Made by a program: the position numbers and the translations under genes. A stretch of DNA of 64,000 nt from IMG/VR virus record IMGVR_UViG_3300031772_000007, positions 1 to 64,000 of that record. The stretch is one strand, 5' to 3'. The notes under the pieces are model-generated. The model was not told the DNA's origin and made no database searches. It was given only the letters and a program-made list of their open reading frames with translations. Below are positions 17,489 to 27,070 of the stretch, piece by piece. This DNA comes from a virus. How positions within the stretch are numbered: position 1 is the first letter of the stretch; each line of letters opens with the position of its first letter.

Positions 17489-19708
17489 CTAGGTGGTCGT
17501 CACGCGGAGGCTGTTCAGGCCGACCTCGCACTGCGCCACGATGAAGTCCCCCGTGGCGAGCATCTGCACCTTGAAGATGATGACCCAGATGCCCTGCGCC
17601 GACAGGACCGTGGTGTTCCCGCTCTTGTCGTCCACGATGTAGTCCGCGATCCGCTGCGCCGGAGGGTTGTTCCGCGAGAGCAGAGTCTCGCCGAAGCCCA
17701 CCAGCTCACCCACCGCCGAGTCCTTGAGTTGCTTCGTCAGCGGCAGCTTGGTGAACGCCTGGAGCGCGCCCGCCACGCTGTCCTCGATGAAGTCCGCGAA
17801 GCGCCGCCGGTTGATGTTCTTCTTCCCGGAGATGAGCGAGGAGGTGATGCCCGACTGGAAGATGAACCCGCCGGTCGTCCGGTCGAAGTGCAGACCGCAG
17901 ATGCCGTTCGAGCGCATGGCGATGTAGTCGGACATCTTCAGGTTCGGCGCTCCCCGCTGGAGTCCGATGACCGAAGCCATCACGTCCGGCACAGGCGGAG
18001 CCGCCTGCCCGGGGTTGTTCTCCGGGGGCAGGTTGGACAGCACCGCGCCGAGCCAGTTGGCTCCCGACACGTCCAGGAGCCCGTCGGTGGTGGTGTGCCC
18101 GTCCGAGGTGCCGAGGGCGTACCCCACCGCCTCGGGCACGCTGGTCATCGCGCCCGGCCAGGAGTAGTCCACCCGCTCGTCGCGGGTAGCGCCCACGCCC
18201 GGATCGCTGCCGAGCAGCGCCGTGTTGAGGGCGAGAACCTTCAGGTTCGGCCACACCACGGTCGTCCGGCCCACGCCTTCGGAGCTGGACGTGAGGACGT
18301 GCGCCCGCTGCTTGTTGCGGATCGTCGCGCTCGTGCGCGCCACCAGCATCACGTTCGCGTCCCGGGCGGGTGCGGCGTCACCCAGAAGCCCGTCGATGGC
18401 GGCTTGGTACGCCGCATCGAGGGTGGCGTTGGCCGCGACGTTCGGATCCTGGAGGTTCGACACGTGCTTGAAGCCCACGACGTTCGGGTCTGCGTTTGTC
18501 GAGTGGGAGAGCAGCGTCAACCCGGACAGCGGATCCCAGAAGCTCGCGGAGCCCGCCGCAGCCGCCAACGTCGGCAAGCACTTGGTCGAAGCCGCGATGT
18601 CCGCGTCCAGCGGACGGCACGGGATGGAGAAGCCCGCGTCGTCCCCGTAGGCTGCCGGAGCGGTCGCCGTGTCGGCGTCGCTGCCCGGGTGGATGCGCCA
18701 CGGGAGCAGGGTCGCCGTGCTCCAATCGAAGCTGGAGCCGTCCATCTGCTCGACTTCCACGGAGTCCGCCGCGAGAGCGGTCGCTTGCACCCGGTAGGTG
18801 CCTGCGCTGCCCACGCCGAGGACGCCCAGTGCCAAAACGTCACCCTTCGTGACCGGCCCGCCGCCCTTCGCGGTGAGCAGGTTGAAGAGGCTGAAGGTCT
18901 GGATCGCGCCGCTCACCACGTCGCTGCCCGCCTCGTAGTAGGTGAACGTGGTCGTGCCAACGGTCGTGATGACCTTCTTCCCGTTGGCGAAGTTGGCCTC
19001 GCCCGCGGAGATCATCTCCACCACGTCCCCGACGTGGAAGTTGTGCGCGGAGACGGTCGCCGTGACGACGTTCGTGGACCGCGCGAGGCTGCCGATGGAG
19101 ACGGCCACGCCGACCTTGAACGCCTGATGCTCCGCCGGGGCTCCGGCGTTGGTGACCTTGCCCTCCGCGCTCGCGGCGTAGGCTCCGAAGCCCGTGAAGG
19201 CAACCGCCTTCGCGCTGCGGACCCGGCTCGCGCCGTTCTTGAACTCGGTGCCCGCGTCCACGCCCGCCGCTCCGACCGGGATGATCGGCTGCGGGGTGGT
19301 GCCGTTGAGGTTGGTCGGCAGCTCGCGCCACATGCGCCCCGCGCCGCCGGAGGCGATGTTGATGGGCACGCAGATGAGCCGGGAGAACCGCTTGTTCCGC
19401 AGCTCCGCGAAGGCGTTGCCGCCGGAGTTGCCGAACTCGCCCAGTGTCGGGTCGAACCCGCCGACCTTGGAGAGCATGTCCTGTGCGCTGAACACCTCGA
19501 CCGGCTGGACGTTGGTGGTGACGATGCCCGTGTTGCTCACCGCGACCGCGTTGGTGACATCGGGGTACTCACCTACCATCGCCACGGTCCCCGTGCCCAC
19601 GCCACTGATGACGCCCGGCGGAGGGAGGTCCACGATGATGATGCCTTCGATGAGGGTGATGACCTCGGTGCCCGGGAAATAGCCGTACCTGCGAACGAAG
19701 CCTGCCAA
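17489..19708 (-). CDS. tail sheath protein
   Basis: 739 aa; N-terminal PG.E.I...ISGVGTG.VAMVG; C-terminal GITSS......INRRRFADFIEDS; GGAGG RBS. Confidence 0.93.
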   Translation of the reverse strand: MAGFVRRYGYFPGTEVITLIEGIIIVDLPPPGVISGVGTGTVAMVGEYPDVTNAVAVSNTGIVTTNVQPVEVFSAQDMLSKVGGFDPTLGEFGNSGGNAFAELRNKRFSRLICVPINIASGGAGRMWRELPTNLNGTTPQPIIPVGAAGVDAGTEFKNGASRVRSAKAVAFTGFGAYAASAEGKVTNAGAPAEHQAFKVGVAVSIGSLARSTNVVTATVSAHNFHVGDVVEMISAGEANFANGKKVITTVGTTTFTYYEAGSDVVSGAIQTFSLFNLLTAKGGGPVTKGDVLALGVLGVGSAGTYRVQATALAADSVEVEQMDGSSFDWSTATLLPWRIHPGSDADTATAPAAYGDDAGFSIPCRPLDADIAASTKCLPTLAAAAGSASFWDPLSGLTLLSHSTNADPNVVGFKHVSNLQDPNVAANATLDAAYQAAIDGLLGDAAPARDANVMLVARTSATIRNKQRAHVLTSSSEGVGRTTVVWPNLKVLALNTALLGSDPGVGATRDERVDYSWPGAMTSVPEAVGYALGTSDGHTTTDGLLDVSGANWLGAVLSNLPPENNPGQAAPPVPDVMASVIGLQRGAPNLKMSDYIAMRSNGICGLHFDRTTGGFIFQSGITSSLISGKKNINRRRFADFIEDSVAGALQAFTKLPLTKQLKDSAVGELVGFGETLLSRNNPPAQRIADYIVDDKSGNTTVLSAQGIWVIIFKVQMLATGDFIVAQCEVGLNSLRVTTT

Positions 19709-19719
19709 GGGGGGACCTC

Positions 19720-20433
19720 CTATGGTTTGGTGGTAACGATTATCACATCAGACTCTGCGCTGACAGCGCCCAAGCCGACTTCCAGCTTCACCCTCGGCTG
19801 GAAGCCCGGCAGCTCGACGATCTTCGTCAGAGGAATGCGCCCCTCCAAGATGAAGGTCGCCTTGCGATGCCGTTGCAGCGCCTCCCCCTCGTTGTCCGTG
19901 TAGGTCAGCGACTTCATGGCGTAGACGGCCCGTTGGTTGAAGTAGAACGGCAGTTCCAACACGAACCCGAAACGGTACCCGACCGGGATGAAGGCGTCCT
20001 CCAAGACCGCCACCAGCGCCGCGCGCTCGCGGTGGTCGTTCGCCCACAACTCCACGGAGATGTCCTGCACGTACTCGCACGCCTTCTGGACGTAGCGCCC
20101 ATCCGGCTCCGGCACGCGCTCCTTCCTGTTGACCCCCGGCGTCAGGCTGCTTGCGTCGTAGGTGCCCTCTCCGATGGTGTAAATGGCGACGCTCGGGAAC
20201 TTGGCCTTCTCCTCGGGCTCCCCCCATTGCTGGAGCACCTTCTTGAACCGGAGCGCCCGCCCCCCTACCGCGTAGCCCTCCTGCTCCCGCAGGTACTCCG
20301 CCAGCCCGCGGGTCAGCGCCGAGCGAACATCGACCTCCCGGTTCGCCGTGTAGACCTGTGGCGTCGGTTCCGTGATGAGCTTGGTCGTCCCGGCGGGTGC
20401 CGCAGGGACTTCGGTTTCGCTCGTGTCGCTCAT
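19720..20433 (-). CDS. tail terminator / sheath stabiliser
   Basis: 237 aa directly upstream of the sheath; FPSVAI motif. Confidence 0.65.
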   Translation of the reverse strand: MSDTSETEVPAAPAGTTKLITEPTPQVYTANREVDVRSALTRGLAEYLREQEGYAVGGRALRFKKVLQQWGEPEEKAKFPSVAIYTIGEGTYDASSLTPGVNRKERVPEPDGRYVQKACEYVQDISVELWANDHRERAALVAVLEDAFIPVGYRFGFVLELPFYFNQRAVYAMKSLTYTDNEGEALQRHRKATFILEGRIPLTKIVELPGFQPRVKLEVGLGAVSAESDVIIVTTKP

Positions 20434-20939
20434 CGCTTCCCCGTCAGCGCCTTGCTCAACTCCGCGCGGACTTCCTCGTTCAAGAACCGCTGCACCTTTG
20501 GGAGCAGGTTGGTCATCACCTTGCGCGGCTTCAACCCTCGCCGCGCGATGGCCCGCGCGATGACGAAGGCGGCTCCCTGCGCCTCCTTCCGCGTCAGCCC
20601 CATCCGCCGCTGCGCCCAGCGGGCGATGGGCTCCGTCGGCGGGAACTTGCCCTTGCGCCGTCCGTGCTCGATGACCCCCGAGTAGGGAGCGATGTTGAAC
20701 ACCCGCGCGCCGAACTCCTCCGCCCGAGACTTCCAGCTCCGCTTGTAGTGCCCGGTGTTGTGCGCGCCCGGCTTCCCGTTGGGGCTCGCCGGAGGCGCGG
20801 TGTCGGTGGCGGACACCATCTCACGGACCGAGCGCGCCGCCGCGAGCACCGCTCCGCGCTTCGCCGCAGGCACGAAGTCCTTGCCCAACGCCGCGAGCCA
20901 GCCGTTCCACTGCGACATGGTGAGGGTGACGGTGGGCAT
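20430..20939 (-). CDS. neck / tail completion protein (HK97 gp10-like)
   Basis: TGHYKRSW...V.NIAPYSGVIEHGR...IARAIARRG..PR. Confidence 0.8.
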   Translation of the reverse strand: MPTVTLTMSQWNGWLAALGKDFVPAAKRGAVLAAARSVREMVSATDTAPPASPNGKPGAHNTGHYKRSWKSRAEEFGARVFNIAPYSGVIEHGRRKGKFPPTEPIARWAQRRMGLTRKEAQGAAFVIARAIARRGLKPRKVMTNLLPKVQRFLNEEVRAELSKALTGKR

Positions 20940-21469
20940 CAGCCGTGCGCCTCCCCATCGCGATCCCGGTCTTTGTGCTGCCGCTCCAGCCGCACTTCCC
21001 AGCTCAGTTTGCCGGGGTAGTAGGTGGGGACGCTCTTGGGGTAGAACCTGCGCTTCTCGCTCGGCCCGCCGTCCACCCGGGGGTACTCCACCTCGTAGAA
21101 CACCTCTTGGTCCTCGGGGATCTCCTCGCCGCGCTTCGACTGTCCCAGCAAGTCCTCCTCGGTGTAGGTGCCACTGATCTTCGACAGCTTGATGCCTCCC
21201 TCTTCGTGCTGCCCGATGGGCTGGATGATCTCGTCGATGCTTTCGAGGGTCGAAATCTTAGGCGTAGGCTGGAGGATCTTGACGGAGACAACCTCGGGCA
21301 CTCCCACGCCGCGCTCCCCGCCGCTCCAGCGCACCCGGATGACGCTGACCTTGTAGACGCGCAAGCCGAACTGGCTCAAGAGATCCCTGAGATTGTCGGC
21401 GAGGGGAACCAAACTACGTGCGAGGGTTCCCCGGATTTGCTGCGCGGTGATCTCGGTGAACTTCGCCAT
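20939..21469 (-). CDS. head closure / stopper protein
   Basis: 176 aa beta-rich, at the neck position. Confidence 0.6.
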   Translation of the reverse strand: MAKFTEITAQQIRGTLARSLVPLADNLRDLLSQFGLRVYKVSVIRVRWSGGERGVGVPEVVSVKILQPTPKISTLESIDEIIQPIGQHEEGGIKLSKISGTYTEEDLLGQSKRGEEIPEDQEVFYEVEYPRVDGGPSEKRRFYPKSVPTYYPGKLSWEVRLERQHKDRDRDGEAHG

Positions 21470-21472
21470 GGT

Positions 21473-21889
21473 TCAGAACCCGTTGCTGACTGGAATCATC
21501 CGCGCCTGATTGGCGCTCCCGCCGCGGTAGCGCATCGAGTACGGGTAGATGGGACAGCCGATGATGTCGGCCAGCCGGTAACCCCACCGCCGGTACTCCG
21601 CCTCCAGCATGTCGGGCTCGTTCTCCCGGAGGGTCAAGTCTTCCAGCTTGCTCGCGGCGAGGCGGTCCTGCGCCGAGATGAGCTTCAGGTCGATGCCGTC
21701 CATCACCCGAACGACCTGCCGCACAAGGTCGGTGGCGGAGTCGAGGAGCTTCCTCACGTTGTTGTCGAAGAGGAAGTTGGTCTGCGCCAGCGCGGGCACC
21801 CCGAACTGGATGGAGGCTGCCGTCGTCACCGCCGGGTAGCCGAGGTGGTATCTGGCTCGGTCGATCTCCTCAGTGGTCAATGCCGCCAT
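21473..21889 (-). CDS. head-tail adaptor protein
   Basis: 138 aa; LT.EE..R.RYHLGYP N-terminus; first neck gene. Confidence 0.7.
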   Translation of the reverse strand: MAALTTEEIDRARYHLGYPAVTTAASIQFGVPALAQTNFLFDNNVRKLLDSATDLVRQVVRVMDGIDLKLISAQDRLAASKLEDLTLRENEPDMLEAEYRRWGYRLADIIGCPIYPYSMRYRGGSANQARMIPVSNGF

Positions 21890-21901
21890 GCCCGCCTCCG
21901 G

Positions 21902-22201
21902 CTACTGCACCTTCTCCAGCTCTACGCCCGCGTCGATGATGCGCTGCACGCCCTCGTGCCCGTAGCTGTCCGCGCCCACGACGGTGTCCGGGGGCAGGTA
22001 GACGATCTGCCCGAACAGGCTGACCTGCTTGCCCACCTTCACGCGGTACTTCTGGGTGTGCGTCACCTTCGGCGGAGCGGGGGGCGGAGGAGGCGGAGCT
22101 GCCACAACCACCGGCTGCTTCGGGGTGGGAGGTGGAGGAGGCGGAGGATTGATGATCTTCGCGGACTCCAGGGGGTCAACCGACGCTTGCTTCCTTGACA
22201 T
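21902..22201 (-). CDS. proline-rich hypothetical protein
   Basis: AAGGAG RBS; 99 aa with poly-Pro tracts and a small C-terminal domain. Confidence 0.6.
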   Translation of the reverse strand: MSRKQASVDPLESAKIINPPPPPPPTPKQPVVVAAPPPPPPAPPKVTHTQKYRVKVGKQVSLFGQIVYLPPDTVVGADSYGHEGVQRIIDAGVELEKVQ

Positions 22202-22226
22202 GCTTGGACTCCTTTGCGGGTGGATG

Positions 22227-22892
22227 CTACGCCAACGCAGCGGACTTTGCACGAACCGCTGCTTCGTCAATCCGCCGCTCGGCGCAGAACTGCACGAGGG
22301 TCTTTCTCCACTTCTGCGCGTTGCACGGGCGGCACGCTGGAACGACGTTGCCGGGGACGTTGTGCCCACCCTGATCGATGGCGTCGAGGTGTTCCATGTC
22401 GAGCAGCGCGCCGGTCGCACCGCAGAAGGCGCAGGCGTGCCCGTAGTGCTCAAGTGTTCGCACCCAGTCGATGAACTGGAAGGTGCTCGGGACGCCGAGC
22501 CGCTTGCATCGCGCGCTGTTGTTGTGAATCTGATTCATCTGCCTGCGGCGCTCCGGGTCGCGTTGCTTGTACGCGAGCTGCCACGCGCGCTGCCTCGCCT
22601 TGTTTTCGGGGCTCTTGTTGACCCACTCTTTGAATTGCTCGTATCGCTTCTTGTGGAAGCGCAGCTTCTCATCCGCGGGCAAGTTCTTGATTCGCGCGTG
22701 GTCACGTTCATCCTTGGCCCGCCGAAGGTCCTCGGGAAGCGCACGCCGCCACTCCTTCGCCGCCTCGCGCGTGCAGTTGATGCAGTGCCCGGAGTAGCCG
22801 TCCGAACTCTGCCCCGACTTATAGAAGTTGCCCCCGGCCAGCTTGGTTTCGCTGCACCGGGGGCATCTCTTAGTTCCGTCTGGGTTGAGCAT
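22227..22892 (-). CDS. HNH endonuclease
   Basis: N-terminal KRCPRC...FY....DG...C..C zinc module; C-terminal CAFCG...MEHL.....GG.N..GNVVPACRPCNAQK. Confidence 0.9.
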   Translation of the reverse strand: MLNPDGTKRCPRCSETKLAGGNFYKSGQSSDGYSGHCINCTREAAKEWRRALPEDLRRAKDERDHARIKNLPADEKLRFHKKRYEQFKEWVNKSPENKARQRAWQLAYKQRDPERRRQMNQIHNNSARCKRLGVPSTFQFIDWVRTLEHYGHACAFCGATGALLDMEHLDAIDQGGHNVPGNVVPACRPCNAQKWRKTLVQFCAERRIDEAAVRAKSAALA

Positions 22893-22894
22893 GG

Positions 22895-22928
22895 GGCGCA
22901 GAGTGCTCTACTGCGCCTCAAAAGTCAA
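22895..22928 (-). promoter_or_regulatory. sigma70-like promoter overlapping an inverted repeat, upstream of the HNH gene
   Basis: TTGACT-17 nt-CACTCT; GGCGCAG/CTGCGCC inverted repeat at 22895-22917. Confidence 0.4.
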
Positions 22929-22936
22929 GCGATGCT

Positions 22937-24349
22937 TCACTCACCGTGCATAACAACGCAGGTGCGCTTGATACGCGCGGCGTCGCCGGTCGCGGAGTCG
23001 GTCCTCACCGGCCAATCTCCTATGAACTTCCAGGTAGTGCTCACCATGTCCTGGAGCCGGTTCAACGGCGCGCGGATGATGAGCTGGATGCGGTCGCTCA
23101 TCACCTCGATGCTGTTGTTGGTGATCTTCGGCTCGGCCACCCGACCCGTCACTCCGGCGTCGGTGATGAGGTTCATCAGGTCCTGGTAGTACTCGTGGAT
23201 GAGTCCCTGACCCACGAAGATCGCCCGGTGGACCTTCACGCCACCGACCGCGCCCGTGTTGTAGAGTTCCGGCGCGAACGGATCGTCCTGGGAGTACGTC
23301 GCGGTGAGCCCGCCGTCCACAGTTTCGGGAACGGGGCACTCGCTGTTGCGGAAGAAGATGGCTCCGAGCAGCTTGCCGATGGCGAACTCGCTGTAGATGA
23401 AGTAGTCGGGCAGCGAGGTCAGGAGGCGCTGGAACTCGGGGTCGGCGTAGATCTGCGCTTCCGAGGTGGGGTCCAGGTGGCAGTGGAAATACTTGTCCGG
23501 CTGCTCCGGGACGTTCTCCTGACGGAACCGCGCCATCGCGGAGCGGATGTCCGCGAGCCGCAGCAGGTCGGACGAGCCGATGTCGTCCACCTTGAGTCCG
23601 CCACCGACCCGCACGATGAAGGTGCGGTCCGCGGCGTACACGTAGTCGCGGTCGTTGACCGTGACGTTGCCGCCGGTCAGGGTGATGGTGCCGGGGCCAG
23701 ACTCGTCGCCCGGGGTGTCCGGCGTGAAGCCGACGATGTTCCGGGTGACCGGAGCCGGAGGACCCGTCCGGTCGAGGATGGTGACGACCAGCGGGTTGCC
23801 GCTGGACACGGGGTCGAACCGGACCGGCGAACCGGTCGGCAGGCTCGGGTTGCGCGCACGGGTGAAGCCGTTGAGGCGCTTCACGCGAAGCACGCTCACC
23901 GCGGTCTGCGCGGTGTCGGTCACGGTCCAGCCACTCTCCGCCGCGTTGTAGAGCTTGTTGCGGGTGATCCGGTTCATCGCCTGCGCCGCCGAGAGCCCGA
24001 GCTGCTGGGCGTTACGGAGGAACAGGTTGACGATGGACACGATGCTGTCCGGCATCCGGGTGTCGATGCTGTCCGCGTACTGCTGCAGCTGCGCGGACCA
24101 CTGCTCCGAGGTGTAGCTTGACGGCTCGGGGTCGGTGTTCGGCACCAGCGGGCGCATCTTCGGCTTGATGAGTCCCGCCCCGGTGAAGCTCATCGTGTCG
24201 CCCACGTTCGCGGGCCACAGGACCGGAGCTGCCTCGCCGCGGAAGAGCATGCGGGGGAACAGCGCATCGTGGAAAGCCCTCTCCAGCATGTTCTGCTGAA
24301 CCAGGGCACGCATCTGCGGGGTCTGGGTGATCGTTGAGAAGTCGGGCAT
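22937..24349 (-). CDS. major capsid protein
   Basis: 470 aa; follows the scaffold gene; HK97-fold-type features (GDTMSF, L.QY.D, Y.CHL.P); strongly biased codon usage. Confidence 0.85.
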   Translation of the reverse strand: MPDFSTITQTPQMRALVQQNMLERAFHDALFPRMLFRGEAAPVLWPANVGDTMSFTGAGLIKPKMRPLVPNTDPEPSSYTSEQWSAQLQQYADSIDTRMPDSIVSIVNLFLRNAQQLGLSAAQAMNRITRNKLYNAAESGWTVTDTAQTAVSVLRVKRLNGFTRARNPSLPTGSPVRFDPVSSGNPLVVTILDRTGPPAPVTRNIVGFTPDTPGDESGPGTITLTGGNVTVNDRDYVYAADRTFIVRVGGGLKVDDIGSSDLLRLADIRSAMARFRQENVPEQPDKYFHCHLDPTSEAQIYADPEFQRLLTSLPDYFIYSEFAIGKLLGAIFFRNSECPVPETVDGGLTATYSQDDPFAPELYNTGAVGGVKVHRAIFVGQGLIHEYYQDLMNLITDAGVTGRVAEPKITNNSIEVMSDRIQLIIRAPLNRLQDMVSTTWKFIGDWPVRTDSATGDAARIKRTCVVMHGE

Positions 24350-24350
24350 T

Positions 24351-24441
24351 TTGGCTACGTCCTCGCTGGTTAGGGTTTCCGGTACGGCATCCTCTCACAA
24401 AGCACTTCAAAAACTCCAGCCTGAAACGAGGACGTAGCCAA
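24351..24441 (-). promoter_or_regulatory. 15-bp perfect inverted repeat covering the major capsid RBS
   Basis: TTGGCTACGTCCTCG (24351-24365) / CGAGGACGTAGCCAA (24427-24441). Confidence 0.65.
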
Positions 24442-24451
24442 CCCCTCTCCG

Positions 24452-25303
24452 CTACAGCGTCGGGTTGAACCCCCACTTCGCCATCTCGCGTTGAACTTCG
24501 TCAGGCTTCGCGTTCCGTGCATCGAACGCTCCCGCCTTCGCTCCGTTCTGCGTGGTAGCGCCTGGCTTCGGCGCAGGTGGCGTTGCTACCGTTCCCGTTC
24601 CGGTGGTGATCGGCTGCGTGGCCTCGCCGAACAGGTAGGGCTTCTCCGCCTTCAGCGCGTCGAAGTACGCCCGCTCGTCGAAGTTTTGCAGCTCTGCCTC
24701 GGGCACAGTCTCCAGCTTGCGCGTGAGCAGCCGCAAGCAGTAGTCCACGTCCTTGGCTCCGCAGGCGACCGCGACCTCCCTGAGCGCCATTTCGGCGTCC
24801 TTCGCGTCGAGCTGCGCTTGCAGCTCCTTCACCTGCCGGGTCGCATCAGAAGCTCGCGCCACTGCGGCGTCCCGGTCCCTCTGGTACTTCTCCAGGTCAC
24901 GCTGATACTTCGCAGTCGCTCGCTGGTCGTCCTTGACGTTGCTGCCCGGCGCGGGTGGCGTCAGTGGCTCGGTCTTGGGCGGTTCCTGCCGGGGCTCCGC
25001 GGGTGCCTGCCCCGTCTTCAGCTTCTGGAGCGCCGCCACCATCTCGGTGTGCGAGCTGTACCCAGCCGCCTCGGCCAGAGCTTGCAGTGCCTCGTTCCTG
25101 CCCTTCTCGTACTCCTCCTGCCTGATGCGTGCCATCGCCGCATGCGGGATGGTGGTTACCTGCCCACGCGCCGTCTGCTCAACCTCACGCTGCGGGGGTG
25201 CCGCGGGCGAAGGGGGAGCAGCCGGTGGGGTCGCCGTGATGGGCGGCTCAACCGGAGCTTGAGGTGCGGGGATTGCTACGGGGTTGTTCGGGTCCACAGG
25301 CAT
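24452..25303 (-). CDS. capsid scaffolding protein
   Basis: Pro-rich N-terminus, coiled coil, GAKDVDY...LK.EKPYLF motif; directly upstream of the capsid gene; GAGGAG RBS. Confidence 0.85.
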   Translation of the reverse strand: MPVDPNNPVAIPAPQAPVEPPITATPPAAPPSPAAPPQREVEQTARGQVTTIPHAAMARIRQEEYEKGRNEALQALAEAAGYSSHTEMVAALQKLKTGQAPAEPRQEPPKTEPLTPPAPGSNVKDDQRATAKYQRDLEKYQRDRDAAVARASDATRQVKELQAQLDAKDAEMALREVAVACGAKDVDYCLRLLTRKLETVPEAELQNFDERAYFDALKAEKPYLFGEATQPITTGTGTVATPPAPKPGATTQNGAKAGAFDARNAKPDEVQREMAKWGFNPTL

Positions 25304-25506
25304 CGCTTCTTCTCCTCGTACTGTCTCCGACTCGTTCACCGCCTGTCGTCTGCGTGGTGAGGTGGTCGAAGCAGCCTGGCAATTCCCGGGGGTGCTCTCC
25401 CGGTACGGTTAAGGGGGCGGGTTGCCCCGCCCCCGGAAAGTGCCGCAACCTTCGTCGGCCCAGGTCCCTGCCGCGTGGACCAGCCGCCCCCGGCCTTGGC
25501 TTGAAC

Positions 25507-25914
25507 CTAGACCCGCTCGAACAGCGCGGTCAGCGCGGTCGCGGGGGCGGCGACGTACTCCACGACCACTTGGGTCGCGTCCGTCGCCTCGAAGGTGATC
25601 GTCTTGCCGTCCGCGCCGAGGGTGGCGATGCCGACCGCGCCGGAGGTCCCGGCGGTCAGCTTGGTCACGCCCAGATCAGGGGTCACCAGATAGGTGCCGA
25701 CCTTGCTCGCGGTGGTCGCGCTCACGATGCGAGCGCTGTGGACGAACAGAGCCGCCTCGGGCAGCACAACGTGGTCGGTGCCGCTGATGACGCCCGAGTC
25801 GTAGCTCTTGATCTTGAGCATGTTGCCCAGGTCCACCTGACGCAGCGCATCCGGCAGGGTGTCGGGGTCAGCGAGGGACAGCTCGGAACCGAGGGTCTTG
25901 GGGGCGATTGACAT
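25507..25914 (-). CDS. putative head decoration / virion protein
   Basis: 135 aa beta-rich; AAGGAG RBS; head region. Confidence 0.55.
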   Translation of the reverse strand: MSIAPKTLGSELSLADPDTLPDALRQVDLGNMLKIKSYDSGVISGTDHVVLPEAALFVHSARIVSATTASKVGTYLVTPDLGVTKLTAGTSGAVGIATLGADGKTITFEATDATQVVVEYVAAPATALTALFERV

Positions 25915-25946
25915 CGTGAAGCTCCTTGCTTCGAGGGGGTGAAGTG

Positions 25947-26327
25947 CTAGGCCAGCTCTCCGAGGAACACGCGGACGGTGGTTTCTACACCAGCCACGCG
26001 CGTCAGGTCCAGCGCCGTCACAGGCACGGACTCGGACATGAGGATGAAGTAGGTGTCGAAGGGGGCAGACTGCGCGACTCCGTCGGCGCTCGTGAGGCGC
26101 GCACGAACCTTCCCGCCGACTGCCTTGAGGATGATGACGTTCGCGTTGATGACTCCGCCGAACGGGACGACGACCGGCGTGTCCACCGTCAGTGTCACCT
26201 CGTCAACATGCTTCGCGCCGAGCGTCGCGCTCTCGTCGATCTGCGTCTCGACCATCTGCGCGAACGAGGTGGGCTGCCCCAGCGGAGTTGAGGTGTAGCC
26301 GCCTTGCAACACGAATTGGTCTGCCAT
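25947..26327 (-). CDS. hypothetical beta-rich virion protein
   Basis: 126 aa; GGAG RBS. Confidence 0.55.
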   Translation of the reverse strand: MADQFVLQGGYTSTPLGQPTSFAQMVETQIDESATLGAKHVDEVTLTVDTPVVVPFGGVINANVIILKAVGGKVRARLTSADGVAQSAPFDTYFILMSESVPVTALDLTRVAGVETTVRVFLGELA

Positions 26328-26403
26328 CGGCGCTCCAGAAAGAGCCAACCCGAGCGGGGGAGGGGGGTGGCCTCGCTCGGGTCAGCGGGAGGGGGCTTCG
26401 CTG

Positions 26404-26607
26404 TTAGCGTTGCCCGGTCGTCATCGGTCCCAGCTTGAACGGAGACGGATCCGGCGACTTGGGAAACTGCGCGGTCGGCAGCTTCTCGTCGGTGTTGGTG
26501 TTCTGCTCCACCGGATCGGCGTAGGTGCCGCCCTGCTTGGTCACCTGCTCCATGATGTTGGGGTTCTCACCAGCGGACTGCACCAGCTCGACGTTGCTCT
26601 GTGCCAT
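26404..26607 (-). CDS. small disordered protein (PxPF tail family)
   Basis: MAQSNVELV...DPSPFKLGPMTTGQR; GAGG RBS. Confidence 0.65.
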   Translation of the reverse strand: MAQSNVELVQSAGENPNIMEQVTKQGGTYADPVEQNTNTDEKLPTAQFPKSPDPSPFKLGPMTTGQR

Positions 26608-26641
26608 GTTCCTCGTCTCCTGAAGGCTTGCGCCGTGCGCG

Positions 26642-26821
26642 TTACTTCGGGCTCTGCATCGAGCCGAAGGGCTTGGGGTCGTGCTTCGACATCGGGTTGG
26701 TGGTCGGAGTGGCGGGCTTCTCCGTCTCCTTGTACGAGCCGTGCTTCGAGTCGTACTCCGGCGTGACGTGGGTATCGCCCTTCGAGGCGACCGCGTTGGC
26801 GTATTCAACGGCGCTGCACAT
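26642..26821 (-). CDS. small disordered protein (PxPF tail family), not in the ORF track
   Basis: 59 aa MCSAVEYAN...DPKPFGSMQSPK; GAGGAGGAG RBS. Confidence 0.65.
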   Translation of the reverse strand: MCSAVEYANAVASKGDTHVTPEYDSKHGSYKETEKPATPTTNPMSKHDPKPFGSMQSPK

Positions 26822-26833
26822 GGGACTCCTCCT

Positions 26834-27067
26834 CTACTTCTTGATGGTGAAGGGGGAAGGGTTGAACGTCGCGCCGCCGCTCGCCACCGGAGGCTTCGTG
26901 TTGTCCGCGTAGTTGCACACGGGATGGTCCTTGTCGATGGGATGCCCGCCCCGCGCGTCGTAGTTCGGCGCGTCCTTGAAGCCTGCGGAGTCGGTGCCGA
27001 TCTCCAGCGCCCGCTGCCGCGGGGTGCGGACTGCCGCCTGAGCAACACCCTTGAACGCTTCCGCCAT
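26834..27067 (-). CDS. small disordered protein (PxPF tail family)
   Basis: 77 aa ending NPSPFTIKK. Confidence 0.65.
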   Translation of the reverse strand: MAEAFKGVAQAAVRTPRQRALEIGTDSAGFKDAPNYDARGGHPIDKDHPVCNYADNTKPPVASGGATFNPSPFTIKK

Positions 27068-27070
27068 GAC

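Noticed and set aside
2148-20433. Extracellular contractile injection system or tailocin
   Set aside because: Capsid, scaffold, portal, terminase and replication genes are present, so this is a phage.
25340-26400. GC-rich hairpins at about 25414-25434 (GCAA loop) and 26349-26382
   Set aside because: No convincing U-tract or other support; they could be stability elements but cannot be called.
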